The notes below the pieces were generated by a model. That model was not told the origin of the DNA. It saw only the letters and a program-made list of their open reading frames with translations, and did not search any database. 64,000 nt of DNA from a virus (taxonomy: Duplodnaviria; Caudoviricetes), in the IMG/VR virus record IMGVR_UViG_3300011242_000002, positions 209,302 through 273,301 of that record. One strand, given 5' to 3'. Positions 56,484 to 64,000 of the stretch are shown piece by piece (position 1 is the first letter of the stretch; each line of letters begins with the position of its first letter). The position numbers and the translations under genes are program-made.

Positions 56484-57005
56484 TCAGGATCCCTCGACGA
56501 CCAAATATTTGCCGTCTTCAGTTAACAATGCAAAGTCATCTTCGGTCATGATAGCGCCAATCGGGATGCCGATAACCGCCACGGTTAACTGACCCTGATA
56601 GGCTAATGACCTATTGGTTATAATGGTGTAGAGAATGTTGCCATTGGCATCTACGTTGGCTGGATTGATGGGGTCGTTGACAACCTCGCTGAGGCTAAGC
56701 CCAAGACCGTAACGATCATTAAAGGCAACGAGGATGTCCGCAACGCTTTGTAAACTGGGTACTGTCAATACCACTTTGAACCGGAATAATGATTCCAGGT
56801 CCAGGCGGTTATAATTGCCTAATACGCTGCCTACGTACCCGCCACCCGGTTTAGCCAGAATGGGAAGATTGGTATCCCCATTGACTGGATTCACGACTTG
56901 GTCAGGTATCCCGAAGCGAACTTGCGCACTGGTCAAGGCGGTGTTGTTATCCTTGTTCAGTTGGGCAAGCAAGATCAGATCCGAAGGCTGTTTCAGGATG
57001 GTCAT
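56484..57005 (-). CDS. Putative virion/fibre-attachment protein (173 aa)
   Basis: GGAG RBS; YNRLDL motif; C-terminal MTEDDFALLTEDG repeat; first gene of the fibre cassette. Confidence 0.55.
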   Translation of the reverse strand: MTILKQPSDLILLAQLNKDNNTALTSAQVRFGIPDQVVNPVNGDTNLPILAKPGGGYVGSVLGNYNRLDLESLFRFKVVLTVPSLQSVADILVAFNDRYGLGLSLSEVVNDPINPANVDANGNILYTIITNRSLAYQGQLTVAVIGIPIGAIMTEDDFALLTEDGKYLVVEGS

Positions 57006-57120
57006 ACAAGGTCTCCCTCACGGCGGTTTCTACGATCATAGTATATTTTCAATAATACATAGTCGCCCTATTAAGGGAGTGACGAAATCGTATAGCTTTC
57101 CACATTACCTGAGGTTGTCT

Positions 57121-58659
57121 ATGCCTATCGTTAAGCGCCAAATAAAGGAACAGCATAAATCGATTATTCGCCCGGTGGTGATCGATGTGGTGAACGACCT
57201 GATTCGTTTCATGGAGCTGAAGCCTAACACCGACGTGATCTTCCGCGGCCATGCGGATATCGCCCTGATGCCCAATGGGGTGATCGGGGTTAAACCCACC
57301 GGTAGCGTCAAAGAAAACATTCGCACCGTGGGTCGGGAGCGTATTTTCATCGAGATCGAAGAAGAGGCACCGGAGACCACGCTGTTGGAGATGCCGGTTA
57401 CCTACCCGGAATGGCCCTACATCTTCGCCGATGAGTCGCTGGGGATTTTCATCTACCCGATCAAAGAACGCACCAGCGTGCGCATTAACTTTATCAACCG
57501 CTTTACCTCCAAAGCCAGCGCTGATGCCTGGACCTCGTTAATGAAGCAGCTGGTTGCGCAAATGGTCAAGGACGTGCTGCACCAGGCGACCTACCACTAT
57601 GCCTATCCGGATGAGGTGCTGGGGTTGCTCCACACCTTGTGGAAGTACCGTGAGAATCAGGGCGGGTATAACGAGTCGTTCTCCCACTGGTTCCGCCGGT
57701 ACTCGACCAACAAGCTCACCGCCATTGCTAACCTCGACGGTGGGCAGTCGGACCTGGTGATTGCCGAGACCGCAGAGAACATCACCGGCAACTGGGAGTT
57801 TGACACCCCACCGTTCCCAACCAAGGCCAACAACCTTGGTAACTGGCAGGCCGAGTTCTCGTACCGTTTTGAATTTGACAAACCATTGGGGATGGTGATC
57901 CAGTATCCGATCATGATCCACAATCAGGTGCTTGACGCCACCCTGATTCCGAAACGTCGTCTGCCGACCTACCGGGAGAAGCTTTACCAGAAACCGTTGC
58001 AGCAGACCCGCTTTGAGGGTATTCAGGAAGACATCGGCCAACACTTTGATTCCCGGCTGACCGACTGGCTGGTGTATCCGGAGTTTGATGAATGGCAACT
58101 GCCGATCTTTGATCACCGCTACGTGCCGCAGTACCAGGTCTTATTAAGCGTTGATCCCGCCGATCCTCGTGCGGTGGTTAACCTGCGTGAGCTCGGACCC
58201 TACCAGTTTACCCCACGCACGCTAAAGTACCTGCAGTATGTGCATACCCGTTGCTTCCATGCCCACCAGTCGGTTATCCAGCTGGCGCTGTTCTGCGGCG
58301 ACGATCTGCTTGATGCCAGCCAGGTAACGGTGGATCCCCGTACGCTGGACGTGAGACTGAACTTTGATATGGACCTGCGCAAGCAGTATCGTCTGGTGGT
58401 GTATCTGGACGGTAACCTGAAGCACCTGTGGGAGGACGTGGTCTCGGATCTGAAAGACCGAGGGGTCTGGACTCAGGAGGTGGTCTCCGTGTTGTACCCG
58501 GACAAGGTCCCGGGTTTGACCGAGGATGGACGCATCTCCGATGATGACTGGCGCAAGCTGATTGATGAGATTGACTGGACCCGCCTACCGGTAACCGAAA
58601 CCTTGTACACGGGCCGTTTTGTTATTATTGCAAGGAGTGAACGCGATGGCTATCGCTAA
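57121..58659 (+). CDS. Virion structural protein (phiKZ gp98-like; start revised from 56815)
   Basis: GAGGT RBS before ATG 57121; synteny. Confidence 0.6.
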   Translation: MPIVKRQIKEQHKSIIRPVVIDVVNDLIRFMELKPNTDVIFRGHADIALMPNGVIGVKPTGSVKENIRTVGRERIFIEIEEEAPETTLLEMPVTYPEWPYIFADESLGIFIYPIKERTSVRINFINRFTSKASADAWTSLMKQLVAQMVKDVLHQATYHYAYPDEVLGLLHTLWKYRENQGGYNESFSHWFRRYSTNKLTAIANLDGGQSDLVIAETAENITGNWEFDTPPFPTKANNLGNWQAEFSYRFEFDKPLGMVIQYPIMIHNQVLDATLIPKRRLPTYREKLYQKPLQQTRFEGIQEDIGQHFDSRLTDWLVYPEFDEWQLPIFDHRYVPQYQVLLSVDPADPRAVVNLRELGPYQFTPRTLKYLQYVHTRCFHAHQSVIQLALFCGDDLLDASQVTVDPRTLDVRLNFDMDLRKQYRLVVYLDGNLKHLWEDVVSDLKDRGVWTQEVVSVLYPDKVPGLTEDGRISDDDWRKLIDEIDWTRLPVTETLYTGRFVIIARSERDGYR

Positions 58660-59941
58660 AGTACCCCCGGTTGCACCGGCTGCCCCTTTGCCGCAGCCGC
58701 CCGAGATTAAAAGCAACGTGCTGCAAGACGAGGTGGTCAACGCCGGCTACACGCCGCTGAAATCGTTGATTACCTACGCCAGCGGCAAGAACTGGATGTC
58801 GACCTTCTTTAACCAGAAGCTCGGTCCAGGTAGTGAACCGATGGCCCCGCAGCTCGACGATGCGAAATCGATGCAAAGCTACCTGCGCATTCGCAAGTTC
58901 ACCCTGAAGGTGCAGTCGGAACTGTCGCGTAACCCTAACCAGGAGAAGGGGGAGATGGAGGTCACCGGGGCGGCGATTATTCTCCCCGGTGTGGTGCCTA
59001 ACATCCACGATGCCTTTACCGCCGATATCGGTGACGGTAACGTGGGGTTCTTTGTCATCACCAACGTCGAACAGCTGTCGATGTACAACGATGCGGCCTA
59101 CCAGATCGAGTACGGGCTGTACGACTACTACACCCCCGCCATCAGCGAACAGATGGAAAGCCGGGTAGTGCAGGATGCGGTGTACGACATGGATTATGTC
59201 CACACCGGCAAGAACCCGATCATCGCCTACGACGAGTACTTCACCCGTGAACGTCTGGAGCGCGAAGAGCTGGGCTTGTGCGACCACTTCTTTAGCCAAT
59301 TCTTTAGTAAGGATGTGGGGACGCTGCAGGTGCCAGATGCTGATGCCTGGAACAAGCTGTATGATCCGTACCACACCCAGTTTGTCGATCGCCTGATCGA
59401 ACACAGCAAGCGTCCGTCACGGTTGCGCATGCTGGTCCTCGATGCATCAATGAACGGTATCAACGCGCCGGTAACGCTGTGGGATATGCTGGTGAAGCAG
59501 GATGTGCGCCAGTTTGCCTACGTGCAGCGTGACATGCAGATGGTAGGAACCTCGTACTTCAGGGGAGGGTCGGTATTGATGGGGGGTGTTGCCTACAGCG
59601 GGTTCCACGACGTGGTCTTCCCGGTTACCGACGGCGCGCCGTTATCGCAGCGCGACATTTTAGGCGATGAGTCCACTAACGGCGATGCGACCGGCATGTT
59701 GTTTAAGCGGCTGGGGTATACGCGCAACTACGTGTTGTCTGCTGCCTTCTACGATCAGCGGCGTGTGGAGATGACACTGCTAGAGCGCGAGGTGCACAAC
59801 CTGATTACCGGACAGCCGATCAGCGTGGATAACGTTGACCAGATGCTGAACGTTTACTATACGTCACCGAAGCTGGTGCAGTTCTACGCGTTCCCGTTAC
59901 TGGTGACGCTGTGCCGTACTGCTTCCCAGCGTCTGGTGTAA
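58646..59941 (+). CDS. Virion structural protein (phiKZ gp99-like; start revised)
   Basis: AAGGAG RBS; PNIHDAFTADIGDG and YDPYHTQF; synteny. Confidence 0.6.
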   Translation: MAIAKVPPVAPAAPLPQPPEIKSNVLQDEVVNAGYTPLKSLITYASGKNWMSTFFNQKLGPGSEPMAPQLDDAKSMQSYLRIRKFTLKVQSELSRNPNQEKGEMEVTGAAIILPGVVPNIHDAFTADIGDGNVGFFVITNVEQLSMYNDAAYQIEYGLYDYYTPAISEQMESRVVQDAVYDMDYVHTGKNPIIAYDEYFTRERLEREELGLCDHFFSQFFSKDVGTLQVPDADAWNKLYDPYHTQFVDRLIEHSKRPSRLRMLVLDASMNGINAPVTLWDMLVKQDVRQFAYVQRDMQMVGTSYFRGGSVLMGGVAYSGFHDVVFPVTDGAPLSQRDILGDESTNGDATGMLFKRLGYTRNYVLSAAFYDQRRVEMTLLEREVHNLITGQPISVDNVDQMLNVYYTSPKLVQFYAFPLLVTLCRTASQRLV

Positions 59942-59950
59942 GGAGTCACC

Positions 59951-60583
59951 ATGATCAGAAGCAACCGCCGTGACTTTATCGTCGAAGAAGTCAAACGGCT
60001 CCAGACCGTGATCTTCGAATGCCGTTACCAGTGCCGAATGACCCAGCGTGACCAGTACGATGTGCAGTACCTGGAAAACCGTGGGTTACCGGTGACCGGC
60101 ATTGATTGGATTGATCAGCTGGCCGATGAGCAGCAGAATACCGTTTTGCTCACCATTGAGCGAATGACCGAGCTCTGTGCCCAGGGGATCAACTTCTGGC
60201 TGGAGAACCCCGGCACCTACGCCGGCATCATCTACAAGGCCTGCACCGATTACATCGTGTATTACGGTGAGCTCAGTGATATGTACCCTAACCTGCAGCT
60301 GCCGGACCAGGAGGACTTTGAGGCCCTGGATGAGCTCGCCAAGAGTATGTACCGCCTGTACCGCTGCTACGAGTCTGAGGTTGAGACCGGTGGCTTCCTG
60401 TCACGTCTGCGTGGACGTCGTATGCGTTCGTTTGATATGGTTAAGGCCGGGATGAGTACCAAGGATCAGCCGATGCTGAATGAGGATGGTTCAGTGCCGC
60501 AGCGTGAACACCAGTCGCAGTTGAGCACCGCCTTCGGCTACCGCTACCGTCCACGTAAGGAGCCAACGGCCAATGAGCATTGA
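59951..60583 (+). CDS. Hypothetical protein (gp100-like position)
   Basis: AAGGAG RBS; synteny. Confidence 0.6.
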   Translation: MIRSNRRDFIVEEVKRLQTVIFECRYQCRMTQRDQYDVQYLENRGLPVTGIDWIDQLADEQQNTVLLTIERMTELCAQGINFWLENPGTYAGIIYKACTDYIVYYGELSDMYPNLQLPDQEDFEALDELAKSMYRLYRCYESEVETGGFLSRLRGRRMRSFDMVKAGMSTKDQPMLNEDGSVPQREHQSQLSTAFGYRYRPRKEPTANEH

Positions 60584-61907
60584 TAACACGGCATTGATCA
60601 ACGAGATCACGCAGATTGCGGCACCCCAGCGGCGTCTGTACCACACGATCACCGCCGAGCTTACTTACGACGCCACCGCGCTTAACGTGTTCCGTGTAGC
60701 GAACCTGCGTAGACGTAGCGATTACGTGAACGCCTACGCTGAAGAGTGGATTGTGGACCTGGTCATGAACACGGCGCTGTTTAACACCGCGGTGATTGAT
60801 AACCAGGATCGGCTGATGATCAACCTGTTCATTGACTCCTCGGTCCAGGGCAAACCCCCGAACATCACCAAGCTGACCATGCGGGCGTTCCCGAAGAACA
60901 CCACCGATGACCGCCTGAAGCAAAACCGTACCGCGGACCTTAACCAAAGTGAAGTGGGTAGACTGGAGATGGGGGTGTTCCAGTTCCAGCTGCTGGATGT
61001 GGCGGTAGAACACATGCGTGCCATGCAGACCGGGGGTAACTACCCGGTGACTTCTGCAGCGGCGGTGCTGGTGACCTTATTGGGAGGCGCAGGTTCGATG
61101 CTTGATCTGCCGATTGAGCAAAAGCCCAAGGCGCCGGACATGGTGCCGCCGGATACCGAAGTGGTGAAGAACATGATCTGCATAAAGCAGGGGCTGGCGC
61201 TGTGCGATTTGGCCGGCTACCTGCAGCACCACTACGGGCTGTACAACACCGGACTGGGGTCGTTCTACCACGAGCGTTCCTGGTACATCTGGCCACTGTA
61301 CAACACCCGACGCTTTGAGCTTGCCAAGAAGACCCTGACCTTGATCAATGTCCCGCGCGATCGCTTCCCGGATATCGAAACCACCTACGTGGAACGCGGG
61401 AGCAACCTGGTGGTGCTGTTAACCGGTGATACGGTGTACGAAGACACCACCAACCGTCAACAGTATAACCAGGGTAACGGGACGCGTGCGGTACGCGCCT
61501 CGGCGATCTCCGGTGACGAAGGACGGATTGTGGATAAAGGGCAGGTGATCTTCCAGCGCAGCCAGTCCAACACCGAGGTGCTGACCAACGAACGACGCAG
61601 CGGGGTAAGCGTGGCGCCTTCGACAGCTGAGGTCACAGATAACACCTCTAGGGTGCTGAGTCGTACCGCCACCGTAAACGGCACCACCGGGCAATTTACC
61701 TGGCAGGGCAGTAACCCGGCACTGATCTTCCCAGGGATGCCGGTAAAGCTTTTGTACCTGAAAGACGGTAAGGTAGTCCAACGCTACGGGGTTCTTACCG
61801 GCGCAGAGTCAAACTACGAGCTGGCGCAACCCGGTCTGGTCGGTACTGCGATGCTGGCCAACACCGCCCTCACTGCGTTTATCAGCAACGCTGATGACGC
61901 ACTGTAG
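60573..61907 (+). CDS. Virion structural protein, possible baseplate hub (phiKZ gp101-like)
   Basis: YLQHHYGLYNTGLGSFY, WYIWPLYNT, WQGSNPALIFPGMPVK; synteny. Confidence 0.6.
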   Translation: MSIDNTALINEITQIAAPQRRLYHTITAELTYDATALNVFRVANLRRRSDYVNAYAEEWIVDLVMNTALFNTAVIDNQDRLMINLFIDSSVQGKPPNITKLTMRAFPKNTTDDRLKQNRTADLNQSEVGRLEMGVFQFQLLDVAVEHMRAMQTGGNYPVTSAAAVLVTLLGGAGSMLDLPIEQKPKAPDMVPPDTEVVKNMICIKQGLALCDLAGYLQHHYGLYNTGLGSFYHERSWYIWPLYNTRRFELAKKTLTLINVPRDRFPDIETTYVERGSNLVVLLTGDTVYEDTTNRQQYNQGNGTRAVRASAISGDEGRIVDKGQVIFQRSQSNTEVLTNERRSGVSVAPSTAEVTDNTSRVLSRTATVNGTTGQFTWQGSNPALIFPGMPVKLLYLKDGKVVQRYGVLTGAESNYELAQPGLVGTAMLANTALTAFISNADDAL

Positions 61908-61914
61908 TTCACAC

Positions 61915-61950
61915 TGACGGGGTTCGCAGGGACCCCGTCATTTTATGCTG
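61915..61950 (+). terminator. Hairpin followed by TTTTATGCTG
   Basis: tgacggggt/accccgtca stem followed by ttttatgctg. Confidence 0.75.
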
Positions 61951-61958
61951 ATTTTGTA

Positions 61959-61992
61959 TTGTAATTAATTTCACTTCTACATTACTTTCGTG
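61959..61992 (+). promoter_or_regulatory. Putative early promoter with TACATTAC core
   Basis: ttgtaattaatttcacttctacattactttcgtg, closely similar to 12369-12402. Confidence 0.72.
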
Positions 61993-62016
61993 ATAATGAT
62001 GACAAAGGAAATGACC

Positions 62017-62409
62017 ATGAACGAGATCAAAACCACCGACACCAATGCATCTGACGTGATGCAGCTTCACCTGTATGCGATCAAGGATTACGAGACCAGT
62101 TTCCTCAACGCCGACCCGAAGGTTGCCAACGTCTATCGTCACATCGGTCTGTATCGGTTGTTTAACAGCGCCCAGGTCCTCGACACTAACTGCACCTGGA
62201 TGGTCCAAGCGGTGATCGAAGCAGAGATGCGTCGGGATAATGTAATTATCGACACAGTGGACCAATTCGATGAGTATTACGACAATTTCGTTTTCTACCT
62301 CGGTGTCTACAACGACGAGTTCAAAAATAATGAGGATGTTAAGCGCTTGATTGGCCATGCGTTTGACAACATCTACGCCACTAAGGGATTCATTGATGAA
62401 AAAGAATGA
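62017..62409 (+). CDS. Hypothetical acidic protein, probably early (start revised)
   Basis: AAGGA RBS; first gene after the promoter motif. Confidence 0.7.
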   Translation: MNEIKTTDTNASDVMQLHLYAIKDYETSFLNADPKVANVYRHIGLYRLFNSAQVLDTNCTWMVQAVIEAEMRRDNVIIDTVDQFDEYYDNFVFYLGVYNDEFKNNEDVKRLIGHAFDNIYATKGFIDEKE

Positions 62410-62686
62410 GAGCTTTGACGACAAGCTGTACCGGATTACAATGGTGGTCTTCTGCGTGTGCATGGTGTGTTTGTCAGCCTTTATGCTAATGTTTGTTTTA
62501 AGCAAGCAGGCAAAGGCATCCCAAGATGCACCAAACGACCTGTATGCAATGCAGTGCGTTGAGGGCACGTGTTACTATGCCACAGGAAAAAAGATCCCTA
62601 AAGAGACGCTGGCGAAGTTTGAGAAGCATCTCGCCGATGAGATGGCTAAAATTGAAAAAGAAGAAGGAGCAGCAAGTGATCAGTAG
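62396..62686 (+). CDS. Small single-pass membrane protein (start revised)
   Basis: Hydrophobic ITMVVFCVCMVCLSAFMLMFVL segment. Confidence 0.65.
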   Translation: MKKNESFDDKLYRITMVVFCVCMVCLSAFMLMFVLSKQAKASQDAPNDLYAMQCVEGTCYYATGKKIPKETLAKFEKHLADEMAKIEKEEGAASDQ

Positions 62687-63320
62687 TTATTTTGCATTGG
62701 AAGGCCTGGACGGCTGTGGCAAGACCACGCTGCAGGAAAAGATTCAGCAGGCGCTGGTTGAGATGGGGGTGCGGTTTGCCCTGGTCGAGGAACCGGGACA
62801 ACATGGTGATCGTGCCGAGCTGCGTCGTATCATGACCGACCCGGATACGATGCTCGCCCAGCAGGACAAGAACATGGTGCGCACCCTGTTGATGGCGGCA
62901 GACCGGGTCATGAATGCCGACCTGATTCGCGCGGATCTGGAAGCCGGGACCACGATCCTGGCCTCGCGCTCGTTTATGTCAAGCGTCGTGTACCAGGGGG
63001 TCATTGGGGGGCAGCTGGATCTGGTGACCGAAATTCATCAGAAAGCCAACATCCCGTTCCCGGACATTATCTTTGTTATTCGCGTTAGCGGGGAAACGTC
63101 GGTTAAGCGCACTGCCGGACGGGGTGCGTTGGATGACATCGAAAAGCAGGTCCTGTTGCGTGCAGACGAATTTGCTTCGGCCTACGACTACGCGGAGTCC
63201 TTTGTCCGTCATATCTCCGGTGGCAAAACCCGCGTCATCTACCTTAACGGCGAAGCGTCCCCGGACGACATTTTCGCTCACGCCATGGCCCACATCAAGG
63301 AACAACTGGCATGCAACTGA
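62676..63320 (+). CDS. tmk: Thymidylate (dTMP) kinase (GTG start revised)
   Basis: P-loop EGLDGCGKTT, EPG, LLMAADR, SSVVYQG, PDIIFVI; AGGAG RBS. Confidence 0.88.
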   Translation: MISSYFALEGLDGCGKTTLQEKIQQALVEMGVRFALVEEPGQHGDRAELRRIMTDPDTMLAQQDKNMVRTLLMAADRVMNADLIRADLEAGTTILASRSFMSSVVYQGVIGGQLDLVTEIHQKANIPFPDIIFVIRVSGETSVKRTAGRGALDDIEKQVLLRADEFASAYDYAESFVRHISGGKTRVIYLNGEASPDDIFAHAMAHIKEQLACN

Positions 63321-63643
63321 ACCTGTACGGCGCAAACCTGAGCGAGACCCTGCTGACTGAACTGTACGGTTGGGGTGAAGTTCCGTTTGACTGGCTTAAC
63401 GACCGCGCCACTGAATTTGAAGCGATTGCTGCCTCGTCAGATATTCCAACCGTGATGACCTCCCACTACCAGGGAAGTGAGGGCAACGATTGGCAACACG
63501 TGTTTGTTCTGCCGGCGTTGCCCGACTCGGATGCCGAACATAACCTGGTGACCCGCGCCCAGAGCCTTATCAATCAACTGCCCAACGGACTGTTCCGCGT
63601 GGAGCACGTGCACGCGGGCGTGCGCTGTATTGCCTTTATGTAG
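63311..63643 (+). CDS. Hypothetical protein (110 aa)
   Basis: AAGGA RBS; overlaps the tmk stop. Confidence 0.7.
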   Translation: MQLNLYGANLSETLLTELYGWGEVPFDWLNDRATEFEAIAASSDIPTVMTSHYQGSEGNDWQHVFVLPALPDSDAEHNLVTRAQSLINQLPNGLFRVEHVHAGVRCIAFM

Positions 63644-63670
63644 TAAACCCTTAACCTGTGAGTAGAAGCG

Positions 63671-64000
63671 ATGAAATTAGGACACTATTACGGTCTGGTC
63701 AAAGACAAAACTACCAACGGCTACCTGCTGCTGAAGATTCAACGCCTCACCCGTGGGGAATCTTCAGTGGAAGCCTATACCCGTTGGGTAAAAGAACTGG
63801 AGCAAACCCACAAGGGACGTTACACCACCATGGGGTTGTCCTTTGGGGTGCTGCGGGTTGAATACGATGCGGTAAAACGCACGGGTGCGGTTAAGGTGGG
63901 GTTCTCGGTACTGGGAATGGTCACCCCCCGTCCCTCTATTCAGTCACGTGGTATCCGCGGTATCGCGGGACAAAGCATGTATTTGTCCGGCGCCCCGAAC
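63671..64000 (+). CDS. Hypothetical protein, truncated by the window end (not in the ORF track)
   Basis: Open frame MKLGHYYGLVKDK... with no stop before 64000. Confidence 0.55.
   Translation, partial: MKLGHYYGLVKDKTTNGYLLLKIQRLTRGESSVEAYTRWVKELEQTHKGRYTTMGLSFGVLRVEYDAVKRTGAVKVGFSVLGMVTPRPSIQSRGIRGIAGQSMYLSGAPN

Noticed and set aside
56815-57120. Extended N-termini in the ORF track (also 9793, 21965, 29439, 46602, 62526)
   Set aside because: They overlap neighbouring genes or elements; downstream starts have clear RBSs
63658-63861. 67-aa ORF in the track
   Set aside because: A longer open frame from ATG 63671 runs to the window end and is the more likely gene
1-64000. tRNA/rRNA genes, CRISPR, integrase or transposase, stop-codon reassignment, chimallin or tubulin genes
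   Set aside because: None recognised by eye; core genes are full length in the standard code. Nucleus formation is inferred from family membership only

Overview
This window is an internal segment of a phiKZ-like jumbo myovirus genome (Chimalliviridae, presumably nucleus-forming), read in the standard genetic code. Conserved core blocks, assigned from motifs plus recalled phiKZ gene order: a Q/P/M-rich gp70-like C-terminus, non-virion RNAP beta and beta' subunits and an SF2 helicase (0-6.9 kb); a gp76-80-like block with a virion RNAP beta' fragment (14.8-19.6 kb); the exonuclease/motif-A half of a split family-B DNA polymerase (29.4-31.2 kb); head, inner-body and baseplate genes (gp84-101-like, 31-62 kb), including six tandem internal-head proteins with (S/A/G)-x-E cleavage motifs; and a thymidylate kinase. 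Accessory islands hold small Lys/Arg-rich proteins, paralog families and an oppositely oriented collagen-fibre cassette. Best leads: (1) a candidate programmed -1 frameshift (U UUU UUU) fusing the gp77-like Cys-motif protein to a downstream ORF with no good start; (2) a translationally coupled cluster of polybasic mini-proteins, including two unannotated 48-aa paralogs; (3) a dispersed CGGCATAA-hairpin-TTATGCCG element that often supplies stop codons; (4) three apparently degenerate GIY-YIG-like paralogs; (5) a collagen fibre with 11 repeated modules and a fibritin-foldon motif. No tRNA, rRNA, CRISPR array, integrase or intron was seen. All phiKZ gp equivalences are inferred from synteny and motifs, not database searches.
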